From an uncultured Acidobacteriota bacterium (GTDB lineage Bacteria > Acidobacteriota > Thermoanaerobaculia > UBA5066 > Gp7-AA6): a stretch of DNA of 64,000 nt. A program made the position numbers and the translations under genes. Below are positions 36,648-45,478 of the stretch, in pieces. Position 1 is the first letter of the stretch. Each line of letters starts with the position of its first letter. The notes beneath the pieces were generated by a model. That model saw nothing but the letters and a program-made list of their open reading frames with translations, did no database searches and was not told the origin of the DNA. Location: NCBI GenBank assembly GCA_963847075.1, contig CAWJYL010000001.1:320682-384681 (forward strand), in the 5' to 3' direction.

Positions 36648-38054
36648 CTACCTCGAACGGGGCTTGCCGCGGGAAGACTTTGCTCGCCGGGGCGGGGACT
36701 CCCGGCGCCCGGACCGCTCCCGCACCACGATCCGGATCGGGGCCCCCGAGAAATCGGCGGACTCACGGATGAGGTTCTCGATCCGGCGCTCCTCCGAGAA
36801 ATGCAGGGGCTCGGCCCGGTTCGCGACGAGGGCAAAGATCGGCGGCGCTACGCCGGTCTGCGCAACGTAGAAGACCTTCAGGGCGCGCCCGGATGCGGCG
36901 TGGGGTGCCTTGTCCCGCAGGGCCCGGCCGAGGACCCGGTTGAGCTCCCCGGTCGAGATCCGGCGGTGGCGGTTCTCGGCGGCGGCGGCCACAGCCCGCA
37001 GAATCCGGGACACGCCCCGGCCCGTGTGTGCCGATACCAGGAGGATCGGCGCGTGTCGGGCGAACGGGATCTGGTCCGCCAGCGCCTCCCGGAAGTCGTC
37101 TGCGGTCCCGACCTCGCGCTCGGCGGCGAGGTCCCACTTGTTCGCGATGAGGACCAACCCCTTGCCCGCCTCGTCGACATAGGAGGCCACGCTCGCGTCC
37201 TGCCCGGTCGGGCCCTCGCTCGCGTCCACGATCAGCAGCGCCACGTCGCACTCCTCGATTCGCTTGCGGGCCTGCACGACCGAGAGCACTTCCGGTCCGC
37301 GCTCGGTCTTGCCGCGGCGCCGAATGCCCGCGGTGTCGATCAGGCGGAAGCGCCTCCCGCCGGACTCCACCCGCGCATCGACCGAGTCGCGCGTAGTCCC
37401 GGCGACCTCCGAAACGATCGACCGCTCCTCGCCGAGCAGTGCGTTGAGAAGCGACGACTTGCCGACGTTGGGCCGGCCGACGACCGCCACCGCGATCTCG
37501 GGCTGTGAGGGAGCCGGAGCCGCCTCTCCCCCGGAAGGAGCCGCCGATAATTGCTCGGCGATCACGGCCTGCAGGTCGTCCACGCCGATGTCGTGCTCGG
37601 CCGAAATACCGAGGACCTCCGGAAACCCGAGCTCCCACGCCTCGACCTCGCCCTCGCTCCCCTCGCGTCGATCGATCTTGTTGGCGACCACCACGCAGTG
37701 TCGCCCGGCCTCCCGAACCAGTCGGGCCGCCGCACGGTCTCCACCGAGAATCCCGGCGGAAGCATCCACGACGAGCACGACGAGGTCCGCGCTGCGGATC
37801 GCGGCGACCGCCTTCTCCCGGACCGCGGCGGGGATCTTTTCCCGGCCTTCGGGGTCGTAGCCTCCCGTATCGAAGACGCGATACGTCCGTTCGTCCGGCA
37901 GCCGCGCCTCTTCCTCGAGCACGTCGCGCGTCATCCCCGGAAGATCGTGAACCAGGGAGCGTCGCCGCCGGACGAGCCGGTTGAAGAGCGCCGACTTTCC
38001 GACGTTCGGCCGCCCGGCGATGACGACGCGAAACGGGCCCTTCTTCATCCTCAC
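36648..38054 (-). CDS. der: Ribosome-biogenesis GTPase Der (EngA), tandem GTPase domains plus KH-like C-terminus
   Basis: 468 aa. Two G-domains (GRPNVGKSALFNRL...DTGG; GRPNVGKSSLLNAL...DTAG...NKWD). Confidence 0.9.
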   Translation of the reverse strand: MRMKKGPFRVVIAGRPNVGKSALFNRLVRRRRSLVHDLPGMTRDVLEEEARLPDERTYRVFDTGGYDPEGREKIPAAVREKAVAAIRSADLVVLVVDASAGILGGDRAAARLVREAGRHCVVVANKIDRREGSEGEVEAWELGFPEVLGISAEHDIGVDDLQAVIAEQLSAAPSGGEAAPAPSQPEIAVAVVGRPNVGKSSLLNALLGEERSIVSEVAGTTRDSVDARVESGGRRFRLIDTAGIRRRGKTERGPEVLSVVQARKRIEECDVALLIVDASEGPTGQDASVASYVDEAGKGLVLIANKWDLAAEREVGTADDFREALADQIPFARHAPILLVSAHTGRGVSRILRAVAAAAENRHRRISTGELNRVLGRALRDKAPHAASGRALKVFYVAQTGVAPPIFALVANRAEPLHFSEERRIENLIRESADFSGAPIRIVVRERSGRRESPPRRAKSSRGKPRSR

Positions 38055-38085
38055 CCGCCGAGCGGCATGACGCCGCCGGACCGCG

Positions 38086-38191
38086 TCATCAAGAGCCCCT
38101 CGACTTGGCTCGGGGCAGGCTTCGCGAGGGAACCCTTTGAAGTCATGATGCGGCTCGGAAAGGGACCCCTCGGGCTTTCGGCCCTCGGGGC
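38086..38191. repeat. MITE/REP-like intergenic repeat, copy 2
   Basis: Between der and the downstream secreted-protein gene. Begins GTCATCAAGAGCCCCTCGACTTGGCTCGGGGCAGGCTTCGCGAGG and ends CCCTCGGGCTTTCGGCCCTCGGGG, homologous to the reverse complement of copy 1. Confidence 0.5.
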
Positions 38192-38204
38192 AACCGCTGC
38201 GCGG

Positions 38205-38732
38205 TCACTTGCCGGCCTTCGCAACTCCTCCCACGAGCTTCAGCTGAAAGCGCGGGTTCACGAACGGGTGGACTTCGGGAAAGCGCGTGAAGATCCAGCC
38301 CGCAAAGATCTCCTTGCCCTTCTCGAACACGGTGATCCGGGCGGCAGGGTTCTTCTCCTCGATACCGTCGGAGGTAATCGAGCCGCCTCCCATCGTGAAG
38401 GCCGGCAGGTAGGCGTCTCCCCGCACGACGAGCGACGGGTCCGGAAGAGGGGTTGCCCCTCCCAGGGGAACCTCGATGACGCCTTCCTTCCCGTCGGACT
38501 TATCCTTCCACCCGATCTTGATGCCGGTGAAAGCTTGGACGACCGCGGGCGGGACGTCGAGCACGGTCGGCACCTCGGCGCCGGCGCCCGAGCCCTGGCC
38601 CGCTGCCGGCGGGACGGCCTGTTCGTGCGAGATGGCCATGCGGACGTTCGGGTCGGGCCGGCCGCGCTCGCGACACGCCGTGGTGGCCGCCCATCCACCC
38701 AGGGCCAACAGAATGAGGGCGAGTCTCTTCAT
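38205..38732 (-). CDS. Secreted/lipoprotein of unknown function
   Basis: 175 aa. Start ATG 38732 with GGAGGA RBS. Signal peptide MKRLALILLALGGWAATTAC. ATGA overlap with the rnr stop. The longer track ORF to 39131 was rejected as a low-complexity antisense lead. Confidence 0.6.
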   Translation of the reverse strand: MKRLALILLALGGWAATTACRERGRPDPNVRMAISHEQAVPPAAGQGSGAGAEVPTVLDVPPAVVQAFTGIKIGWKDKSDGKEGVIEVPLGGATPLPDPSLVVRGDAYLPAFTMGGGSITSDGIEEKNPAARITVFEKGKEIFAGWIFTRFPEVHPFVNPRFQLKLVGGVAKAGK

Positions 38733-41095
38733 GGTTTCCTCCGGCGGGGTCGCCGCCCGTATGCCTCCGGGACCCGGGTGCGGACGGGCACAGCATCCCC
38801 GCCCAAACGAAAGTCGAGCCGGCGGCGAACCTCGTCGATCGCCACGAGCTTGACGTGCATCGAGTCGCCGAGGCGAAACGTCTTGCCCGAGCTTCGGCCT
38901 TTCAGCCGGTGCTGCTTCTGTTCGTACACGAAGAAGTCGTTGCCGAGGGCGGACATCGGGACGAGCCCCTCGACGAAGAAGTCCTTGAGCGTCACGAATA
39001 CGCCGAAGGAGGCGACACCCGTCGCGTAGGCGTCGAACTCCCGTCCGACCTTGTCCTTCATGAAGACGATCTTCTTCCAGAGCAGGCTCTCCCGCTCCGC
39101 CTGCTCCGCGCGGCGCTCGCGCTCCGAGCAAAGGGACGAAATCCCCTTGAGTCCCTCGTTGGCAGCCTCGAAGTCCTTCGCCGGGATGGCGCGTCCCTCA
39201 TCGAGTAGCCGCGAGAGCGCCCGATGCACGACCAGGTCGGGATACCGGCGAATCGGCGACGTGAAATGGCAGTAATAGGGTGCCGCCAGCGCGTAGTGTC
39301 CTCGGCAGTCCTCGCTGTAGACGGCCTTGCGCTGCGCGCGTAGAAGCAGGTCGTGCAGCAACCGCTCCTCGGGCTTGCCCTCGATCTCCGTCAGAAGGCG
39401 CTGGAACTCGGAGGGATCGAGCTCCTCGAGGTCTCCCTTCAGCGCGTATCCGAAGCTCTCCAGAACGTCGCGCAGGTCCACCAGCCGGTCCGGATCCGGA
39501 CGGTCGTGGACCCGATAAATCGCCGGCTGTTTCGCGAAGAGCAGTTTCTTCGCAACCGCCTCGTTGGCGGCCAGCATGAATTCCTCGATCAGGCGGTGGG
39601 CGACGTTTCGCGATTCCGGAACGATCCCCACGACGAGCCCGGCGTCGTCGAGCACGATGTCGGCATCGGGCAGGTCGAAGTCGATCGAGCCCCGCGCTTC
39701 GCGCCTGGATCGGAGCAGCGCCGCGACCTCCCCCATCGTCCGGAAATCCTCGAGAGCGGCGCCGTAGCGGCGGGCGTCTTCGGTCGTGGGCGCCGTCTCG
39801 AGCAGGCGGGCGATCTCGGTATAGGTCATGCGATGGGCGCTGCGGATGACCCCCTTGCAGAACTCCGTTCCGGTGACGCGCCCCTTGCGATCGATCTCCA
39901 GGATCGCCGAAAGCACGAGCCGATCGACCCGCGGGTTAAGGGAGCAAAGGCCGTTCGAGAGCCGCTCCGGCAACATGGGCAGGACGCGCCCCGGAAAGTA
40001 GACCGACGTGCCACGGGACCGGGCTTCGTCGTCGAGGGACGTCCCCTCGGCGACATAGTGCGACACGTCCGCGATGTGAACGCCGAGCCGGAAGCCCGAT
40101 GCCGTGCGCTCGACTTCCACGGCGTCGTCGAAATCCTTCGCCGTCTCGCCGTCGATGGTGACGATCCGACGCTCGCGGAAGTCACGGCGCCCGAGCAGAT
40201 CGTCCGTGCTCACTTCCTCCGGGAACCGTTCCGACTCGGTCACCACCGGCTCCGGAAACCGGGGCGGCAGGTTGTGCGAGCGCAGAACGATCTCGATATC
40301 GACGCCCGGCTCCCCGAGAAAGCCGAGGCGCTCCTCCACGACGCCGTGGGCCACGCGGCGGGCGTCCGGAAAGGCAGTGAGCCGCACTTCGACGATCTCT
40401 CCCTCGCGCGCCCGCAGTCCCTTTCCCTCGGCGATCCGGACGAGCGCGTCGATCTTCGGGTCGTACGGGAGAACGACCTTGCGCCCGTCCTTGGTCTCGA
40501 AGCGGCCGACTACCCGTTCGCGGGCCCGGTCGAGCACCTTGACGACCGTTCCGGACGTTCTACCGTCGTCCTTGCCGCGGCGCCCCGCTGCGCGAGAGCG
40601 TTCCTCCCGCGCAAGAACGGTGTCGCCGTCGAGCGCCCCGTGCATGCCCGACCGCGGTACGAAGAGATCCTCCCCATCCTTGACGAGCACGAAGCCAAAC
40701 CCCTCGGGCCGGACGGTCAGCCGGCCCGCGACGAGGTTGGAGAACTCGATCGCCGAGTACTTTTCTCCCCGTACACGGGCGATCTCGCCGCGCCGCTCGA
40801 GGGAGTCCAGGCGCTCGCGCAGCCCGTCCTGGGCCGACTCGCCGACCCGCAAGGCCTTCGCAAGGTCCTGAAACGACAGGACCCGCGAGTCCTTGCGACG
40901 AAGACGCTCCAGGATCTCGGAGTCGGGCGGCAACACGCCGGCGAGTCTATCGTGCGAGCGAGCCGGCGTTTCGAAGGCTACTTGTCCGGCTTCTCGTCGT
41001 CTCTGTCGGCCCGCGGCTGGAACAGACCGGGCAGGTCGTCCAAGGACTCGGGCTCGGGCGCGGTCACTCTCCGCTGCCAGCCGCACGAGTGGCAC
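38729..41095 (-). CDS. rnr: Ribonuclease R; true start probably internal (GTG near 40936), because the first ~40 codons overlap the upstream DUF309 gene
   Basis: RNB catalytic domain (IVTIDGETAKDFDDAV..., HYALAAPYYCHFTSPIRRYPDLVVHR), a C-terminal S1 domain (GVASFGVFVTLKDFFVEGLV), and a basic tail. Confidence 0.9.
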   Translation of the reverse strand: MPLVRLAAESDRARARVLGRPARSVPAAGRQRRREAGQVAFETPARSHDRLAGVLPPDSEILERLRRKDSRVLSFQDLAKALRVGESAQDGLRERLDSLERRGEIARVRGEKYSAIEFSNLVAGRLTVRPEGFGFVLVKDGEDLFVPRSGMHGALDGDTVLAREERSRAAGRRGKDDGRTSGTVVKVLDRARERVVGRFETKDGRKVVLPYDPKIDALVRIAEGKGLRAREGEIVEVRLTAFPDARRVAHGVVEERLGFLGEPGVDIEIVLRSHNLPPRFPEPVVTESERFPEEVSTDDLLGRRDFRERRIVTIDGETAKDFDDAVEVERTASGFRLGVHIADVSHYVAEGTSLDDEARSRGTSVYFPGRVLPMLPERLSNGLCSLNPRVDRLVLSAILEIDRKGRVTGTEFCKGVIRSAHRMTYTEIARLLETAPTTEDARRYGAALEDFRTMGEVAALLRSRREARGSIDFDLPDADIVLDDAGLVVGIVPESRNVAHRLIEEFMLAANEAVAKKLLFAKQPAIYRVHDRPDPDRLVDLRDVLESFGYALKGDLEELDPSEFQRLLTEIEGKPEERLLHDLLLRAQRKAVYSEDCRGHYALAAPYYCHFTSPIRRYPDLVVHRALSRLLDEGRAIPAKDFEAANEGLKGISSLCSERERRAEQAERESLLWKKIVFMKDKVGREFDAYATGVASFGVFVTLKDFFVEGLVPMSALGNDFFVYEQKQHRLKGRSSGKTFRLGDSMHVKLVAIDEVRRRLDFRLGGDAVPVRTRVPEAYGRRPRRRKP

Positions 41096-41673
41096 CGGAT
41101 CACGCCTTCCACGGGGGTCGAGCTTTCGTTGTGCGGATCCTCGCAGTAGGGATTCGGGCAGTTCCAGGGCAGGTTCGCAAACGGCATGACAGCCCCCGGG
41201 GCTCGCCGCGATTTTACGCTCGTTTCCGTCTCGAGGCGTGGAACACAGCCGTCATCCAGATCACCCCTCTCGCCCATGAGCCACCGGCGCGCCTCGGCCA
41301 GACTGCGAGACACCTCGTCTTTGAACGCTGCGAGCGAAAGCCCCGGAAGCGTCTCTCTCCCCGCGTCGAGTTTCAGCAGCCCTGCCTCCAGCAGCCGAAC
41401 GCACCCCGCCGGCTGACGAAGGGTGACGCCCTTGTGAAAGCCGGCCGTGATCTGGATGAGCCCCTGGAGGAGCTTTCGGGTCGGCTCCGGCTCCGAACGC
41501 CACGCCTCCTCCCAGATTTCGTGAGCCTCGAAGAACTTCCCCGCATTGAACAGTCCGCGCCCCCGCTCGAGGCTTGCGGCAGTCGGCGATGGGCCTGCAG
41601 AAGGCTGTTGCGGATCGCTCGCCACGATTCGGGTTGGCGCGACGGGAGGGACTCGAAAGCTCACAGTGCCCAC
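40978..41673 (-). CDS. DUF309-domain protein with C-terminal Cys-rich (zinc-ribbon-like) segment
   Basis: 231 aa. GRGLFNAGKFFEAHEIWEEAWR...LLQGLIQITAGFHK is the DUF309 signature. C-terminus has CPNPYC...CHSCGW. Confidence 0.7.
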   Translation of the reverse strand: MGTVSFRVPPVAPTRIVASDPQQPSAGPSPTAASLERGRGLFNAGKFFEAHEIWEEAWRSEPEPTRKLLQGLIQITAGFHKGVTLRQPAGCVRLLEAGLLKLDAGRETLPGLSLAAFKDEVSRSLAEARRWLMGERGDLDDGCVPRLETETSVKSRRAPGAVMPFANLPWNCPNPYCEDPHNESSTPVEGVIRCHSCGWQRRVTAPEPESLDDLPGLFQPRADRDDEKPDK

Positions 41674-41710
41674 CGGTTCCTGAGCCTATCCGCACTTTGC
41701 GCGGATCGGC

Positions 41711-42037
41711 TCAGCGGTGCCGGGGCATATAGGCCTTCGCGAAGGCTATCCTCGCCTTCTCCAAGCCGTCGGCGGCTTGCCCATGCTTCGGGTCGGCCAG
41801 CGCCACCATGCGGAGGCCCGCAACAGCATCCCGGACCCATTTCTCAAAGGCTTCAGGCATCCCGCGCTCTTCGAGCGCTGTCACCACGTTTGGGTTGCGG
41901 TTCCCTCGAAGCCAGTGGAGCACCTGGTCGATCTCGGGGAGTCCTTGCCCCAATCGAACCGTCGAAACCTTCTCCCCGAAGAGGAGAGCCTCTCGAACCT
42001 GGTCCACGGCGGCCGTTTTGGCGTCAGTTTCGGCCAT
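41711..42037 (-). CDS. Hypothetical protein
   Basis: 108 aa ORF with balanced composition (MAETDAKTAAVDQVREALLFGEKVSTVRLGQGLPEIDQVLHWLRGNRNPNVVTALEERGMPEAFEKWVRD...). No family recognised and no clear RBS. Confidence 0.35.
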   Translation of the reverse strand: MAETDAKTAAVDQVREALLFGEKVSTVRLGQGLPEIDQVLHWLRGNRNPNVVTALEERGMPEAFEKWVRDAVAGLRMVALADPKHGQAADGLEKARIAFAKAYMPRHR

Positions 42038-42273
42038 TCAGCCCGGATTGTAACGCCCCTCAGCGGCTGCCGAAAGGAACCGCCTTGGGTTCCAATTGCC
42101 CCGAGCATCGGTCGTGGCGAGGTTGCTCCGCACTCCGCCTGAGACGTCACGGACCTCTACGTGCAGCCGGGCGTCGAGGACTGCCTCGCGGCCTTGAACC
42201 GCGCGGCGCTACTGATCGACGCAGGCGGGTCAGAACGCCGTGCAGCTCTCGCGCGGCGAGCAGAAAACCGCAG

Positions 42274-42305
42274 AAAAAAACGGCCGTAGGATTTTGAGAC
42301 GGCCC
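42274..42305 (-). terminator. Rho-independent terminator downstream of tRNA-Leu
   Basis: On the minus strand: GGCCGU stem, 11-nt loop, ACGGCC stem, followed by a UUUUUUU run (A7 on the plus strand at 42274-42280). Lies about 45 nt 3' of the tRNA. Confidence 0.5.
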
Positions 42306-42347
42306 GATGGACACGCGAGAGCGACGCAAGGGTTTGACGCCAAAGGT

Positions 42348-42432
42348 TGGTGCGAAAGGAGGGACTCGAACCCTCACGGTGTTACCCACAGGTTCCTGAA
42401 ACCTGCGCGTCTACCAGTTCCGCCACTTTCGC
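42348..42432 (-). tRNA. tRNA-Leu (anticodon CAG), type II with long variable arm
   Basis: The reverse complement reads GCGAAAGTGGCGGAACTGGTAGACGCGCAGGTTTCAGGAACCTGTGGGTAACACCGTGAGGGTTCGAGTCCCTCCTTTCGCACCA. Anticodon stem CAGGT/ACCTG with loop TTCAGGA. Near-identical architecture to E. coli tRNA-Leu(CAG). 85 nt including CCA. Confidence 0.9.
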
Positions 42433-42718
42433 AGAGCTTTGAAGAATAGCCGCCGTCCTTCCAACCGTCAACTGAGCACGCTGGCGGGCTCCCGGTTCCG
42501 GGTTGCCTCCGCTACGCATCTCCCAGTTCCGTTATTCTCAGGAGAATGCGGATAATGGCGCCCAAAATTCTCGCGGACGGATCCGCAGCCAGGCCCCATC
42601 CGACCCCGGCAGAACGCGAGTATTTGGCCTTGGGGCACCGGAGATAACTGATCTAATAGCGAGACGCGCCAGGGCATCCCGCCCTTGACCGAATCCCTCA
42701 CCTTCGAGAAGGAGATCC

Positions 42719-44341
42719 ATGAAGAGTCGCAGTCATCCAATCCTCCCCCTACTGGCGGCATCACTCGCCGTTCTGGTGCTCGCGGCCACGCCCGCAGGAG
42801 CCCAGACGGCGGGAAAGAAGCCCAACATCATCTTCATCATGGGAGACGACATCGGCTGGTCGAACATCGGGGCCTACAACCAGGGGATCATGTCGGGCAG
42901 GACGCCGAACCTCGACCGGCTCGCCTCCGAGGGCATGCGCTTCACGGACTATTATGCCGAGGCGAGCTGCACGGCCGGCCGCGCGAATTTCATCACCGGC
43001 GAGATCCCGATTCGCACGGGAATGACGACGGTCGGCCAGGCCGGCGCGAAGATCGGAATCCCGGCCGAGGCGGTGACGATCGCGACGGCGCTCAAATCCA
43101 TGGGCTACGCCACGGGACAGTTCGGCAAGAATCACCTCGGCGATTTGAACGAGTTCCTGCCGACCGTCCACGGTTTCGACGAGTTCTTCGGCTACCTCTA
43201 CCATTTGGATGCGATGGAAGACCCATGTCACGCCAATTACCCCCCCGCCGCGAAGGACGCTGTCGGACCGCGCCACATGCTCCACACCTGGGCAACCGAC
43301 GTGGACGACCCGACGGTGCAGCCCCGGTGGGGCAAAGTCGGCAAGCAAAAGATCGAGGACGCCGGCACGCTCTGTCCGGATCGGATGGAGACGGTGGACG
43401 ACGAGATCCTGAGCAACGCCTTGAAGTTCGTCGACAAGGCGCGGGCGGCCAACAAGCCCTTCTTCCTGTGGCTCAACCCGACGCGCATGCACGTCGTCAC
43501 CCACCTCGCGCCGAAGTACCAGGCGATGCGCAATTCCCTCAACGGCTGGTCCATCCAGGAAGCTGGGATGGCGCAGCTCGATGACATCGTCGGCTCCGTC
43601 ATGAAATACGTCAAGGACAACGGACTCGACGACAACACCGTGATCGCGTTCTCCACGGACAACGGCGCCGAGAACTTCACGTGGCCCGACGGCGGCCAGA
43701 CTCCATTTGCCGGAGGCAAGGGAACGGCGCTCGAAGGCGGATTCCGGGTGCCAGCGCTCATCCGCTGGCCGGGCAAGATTCCTGCCGGCAAGATCGAGAA
43801 CGGCATCTTCTCCGGGCTCGATTGGTTCCCGACCTTCGTTGCGTGGGCCGGAGACCCGAACATCGTCGACGAGCTGAAGAAGGGCAAGGCACTTGGTGGG
43901 CAGACCTACAAGGTCCATCTCGACGGCTACGATCAGACCAACGTTCTCATGGGCAAGGGCCCGTCGAACCGTCACGAGGTCTTCTATTTCACGGAGGGCA
44001 CGCTCTCGGCGGTGCGAATCGACGATTACAAGTACCGTTTCACCGATCAGCCCAACGGCTGGCTCGGGGCTACGGTAAAGGTCGACTGGCCGATTCTCGT
44101 CAACATCCGCCTCGATCCTTACGAGCGGACGGGCATGTACAACGGCAAGGACAACGGGTCGATCGCCTACTACAATTGGTTCGCGTACGAGTTCTGGCGC
44201 TTCGTGTACGTCCAGCAGGAAGTCGCGAAGGCCGCCCAGACGTTCCTCGAGTTTCCGCCGATGCAGAAGGGCGCGAGCTTCAATCTCCAGCAGCTGAAGG
44301 AGGAACTCGAAAAGAGAATGGCGAACCAGCAGGCCCAGTAA
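42719..44341 (+). CDS. Sulfatase (arylsulfatase family), secreted
   Basis: 540 aa. Signal peptide, then IIFIMGDDIGW, the active-site motif SCTAGRANFITG (C-x-A-x-R at C84-R88, nt 42968-42982) and GKNHLGD. GC of the CDS is about 55%, against about 70% in the flanks. Confidence 0.85.
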   Translation: MKSRSHPILPLLAASLAVLVLAATPAGAQTAGKKPNIIFIMGDDIGWSNIGAYNQGIMSGRTPNLDRLASEGMRFTDYYAEASCTAGRANFITGEIPIRTGMTTVGQAGAKIGIPAEAVTIATALKSMGYATGQFGKNHLGDLNEFLPTVHGFDEFFGYLYHLDAMEDPCHANYPPAAKDAVGPRHMLHTWATDVDDPTVQPRWGKVGKQKIEDAGTLCPDRMETVDDEILSNALKFVDKARAANKPFFLWLNPTRMHVVTHLAPKYQAMRNSLNGWSIQEAGMAQLDDIVGSVMKYVKDNGLDDNTVIAFSTDNGAENFTWPDGGQTPFAGGKGTALEGGFRVPALIRWPGKIPAGKIENGIFSGLDWFPTFVAWAGDPNIVDELKKGKALGGQTYKVHLDGYDQTNVLMGKGPSNRHEVFYFTEGTLSAVRIDDYKYRFTDQPNGWLGATVKVDWPILVNIRLDPYERTGMYNGKDNGSIAYYNWFAYEFWRFVYVQQEVAKAAQTFLEFPPMQKGASFNLQQLKEELEKRMANQQAQ

Positions 44342-44407
44342 TTCGTTTCCGGAATCCGACGCCCCTCTCTTCCTTTGGGGGAGAGGGGCGCTTTCGTTCT
44401 CCGCGTC

Positions 44408-44674
44408 CTACGCCGGCGGCAGCCCCAACTCCACGTCCGACTTCGGAAGGACGATCGCGGTCTCCTTAAAGCCACGGTCCACGCAGACGAAACAGGCCTT
44501 GTAGACGTCGTCCTGGGCCATCTTCATCTCGCGGTCCGTGACGAAGACGTCACGCCTCGGATACCGCTCGTCGATTCGCTGGAGCGTCACCAGGATCCCG
44601 CCCGGGACGCGGGCGCGCTCGACGATGGAGAAGCGGTGGGGCGGCTCGTGCGTGCACTCGAAGGACGCGGCGAC
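44408..44674 (-). CDS. Small hypothetical protein (possible GTG start just after the STAS gene stop)
   Basis: The distal ~88 codons of track ORF 44408-44797 are not overlapped by the STAS gene and read ...THEPPHRFSIVERARVPGGILVTLQRIDERYPRRDVFVTDREMKMAQDDVYKACFVCVDRGFKETAIVLPKSDVELG. Weak evidence. Confidence 0.3.
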   Translation of the reverse strand, partial: VAASFECTHEPPHRFSIVERARVPGGILVTLQRIDERYPRRDVFVTDREMKMAQDDVYKACFVCVDRGFKETAIVLPKSDVELGLPPA

Positions 44675-44675
44675 C

Positions 44676-45047
44676 TCAGTGCTCACTGGTCTCTTCCTCC
44701 TGGGAGGCCAGATTTGCAACCGCCAGAGCCGCATCCGCGGTCGGGAACACCCGAAAGACCGTGTCGAGATGGGTGATTCGGAAGACCGAAGCGACACGCT
44801 CCCGGAGGTTTACGAGGTAGAAGCGTCGGCCCTGCGCCTCGAACCGCTTCAGTCCGCCCACGAACACTCCGATCGCGGTCGAATCCAGGTGCTCCAGGTC
44901 CGAGAGGTCGAGCACCACGGCCCCGGTCCGCTCATTGGCAATCGTGTCGAATCGCTCCTGGAGCGCGCGGGTGGCGTCACCGAGCGCGAGCGTGCCGCCA
45001 ATCCGCAGGATCGTGTGGGCTCCCCGCTCCTCTTGCGTCAGTTTCAT
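44676..45047 (-). CDS. STAS-domain protein (anti-sigma-factor antagonist / MlaB-like)
   Basis: 123 aa: ILRIGGTLALGDATRALQERFDTI...AVVLDLSDLEHLDSTAIGVFVGGLKRFEAQGRRFYLVNLRERV, the SpoIIAA/STAS fold pattern. Confidence 0.75.
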   Translation of the reverse strand: MKLTQEERGAHTILRIGGTLALGDATRALQERFDTIANERTGAVVLDLSDLEHLDSTAIGVFVGGLKRFEAQGRRFYLVNLRERVASVFRITHLDTVFRVFPTADAALAVANLASQEEETSEH

Positions 45048-45478
45048 GGCCGAAATCCGATCGCAGCGATCGCCGACTCGGCAGCCCGCCGCACGAGCAC
45101 GCTGCCTCGGGCCAGGATCCTTCCATCGCAGGAAACCTCGCCGTCAAACCGAAGGATCGCGCCGAACCGCGCCGCCAGACGAACCGAGATGTCCAACGTT
45201 TCGCCGGCCGCGGGCGGACGCTCGACCTCGAAGCCCTCGATCCCCGCAAGGAAGCCCCCTCGCGCCGCCTCGGCGTCGCCGCCCTCGAGCAGGAGCGCGG
45301 CCTGAGCGATCGCCTCGGCGAGAAGCAGCGGGCTTTGCCACCGCGGCCCCATCGCGCCTCGCCCGTTCGCGGAGACCCTCGTCCTGACGCTGCCTCGGGA
45401 GAAGGTCGCGTCCCGCCGCTCCAGGACTTCGTCCACGAACCGAAACGGATAGACCTGCGGAAGTGCAGCGAGCGCCAT
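45044..45478 (-). CDS. Hotdog-fold FabZ/FabA-like protein (beta-hydroxyacyl-ACP dehydratase-like, apparently lacking the catalytic His motif)
   Basis: 144 aa. N-terminal LPQVYPFRFVDEVLE matches the FabZ N-terminus (LPHRYPFLLVDRV). No HF(P)xxPxMPG catalytic segment is recognisable. Confidence 0.65.
   Translation of the reverse strand: MALAALPQVYPFRFVDEVLERRDATFSRGSVRTRVSANGRGAMGPRWQSPLLLAEAIAQAALLLEGGDAEAARGGFLAGIEGFEVERPPAAGETLDISVRLAARFGAILRFDGEVSCDGRILARGSVLVRRAAESAIAAIGFRP

Noticed and set aside
39353-41149. 598-aa plus-strand ORF antisense to rnr
   Set aside because: Antisense of a high-confidence RNase R gene. Low-complexity composition.
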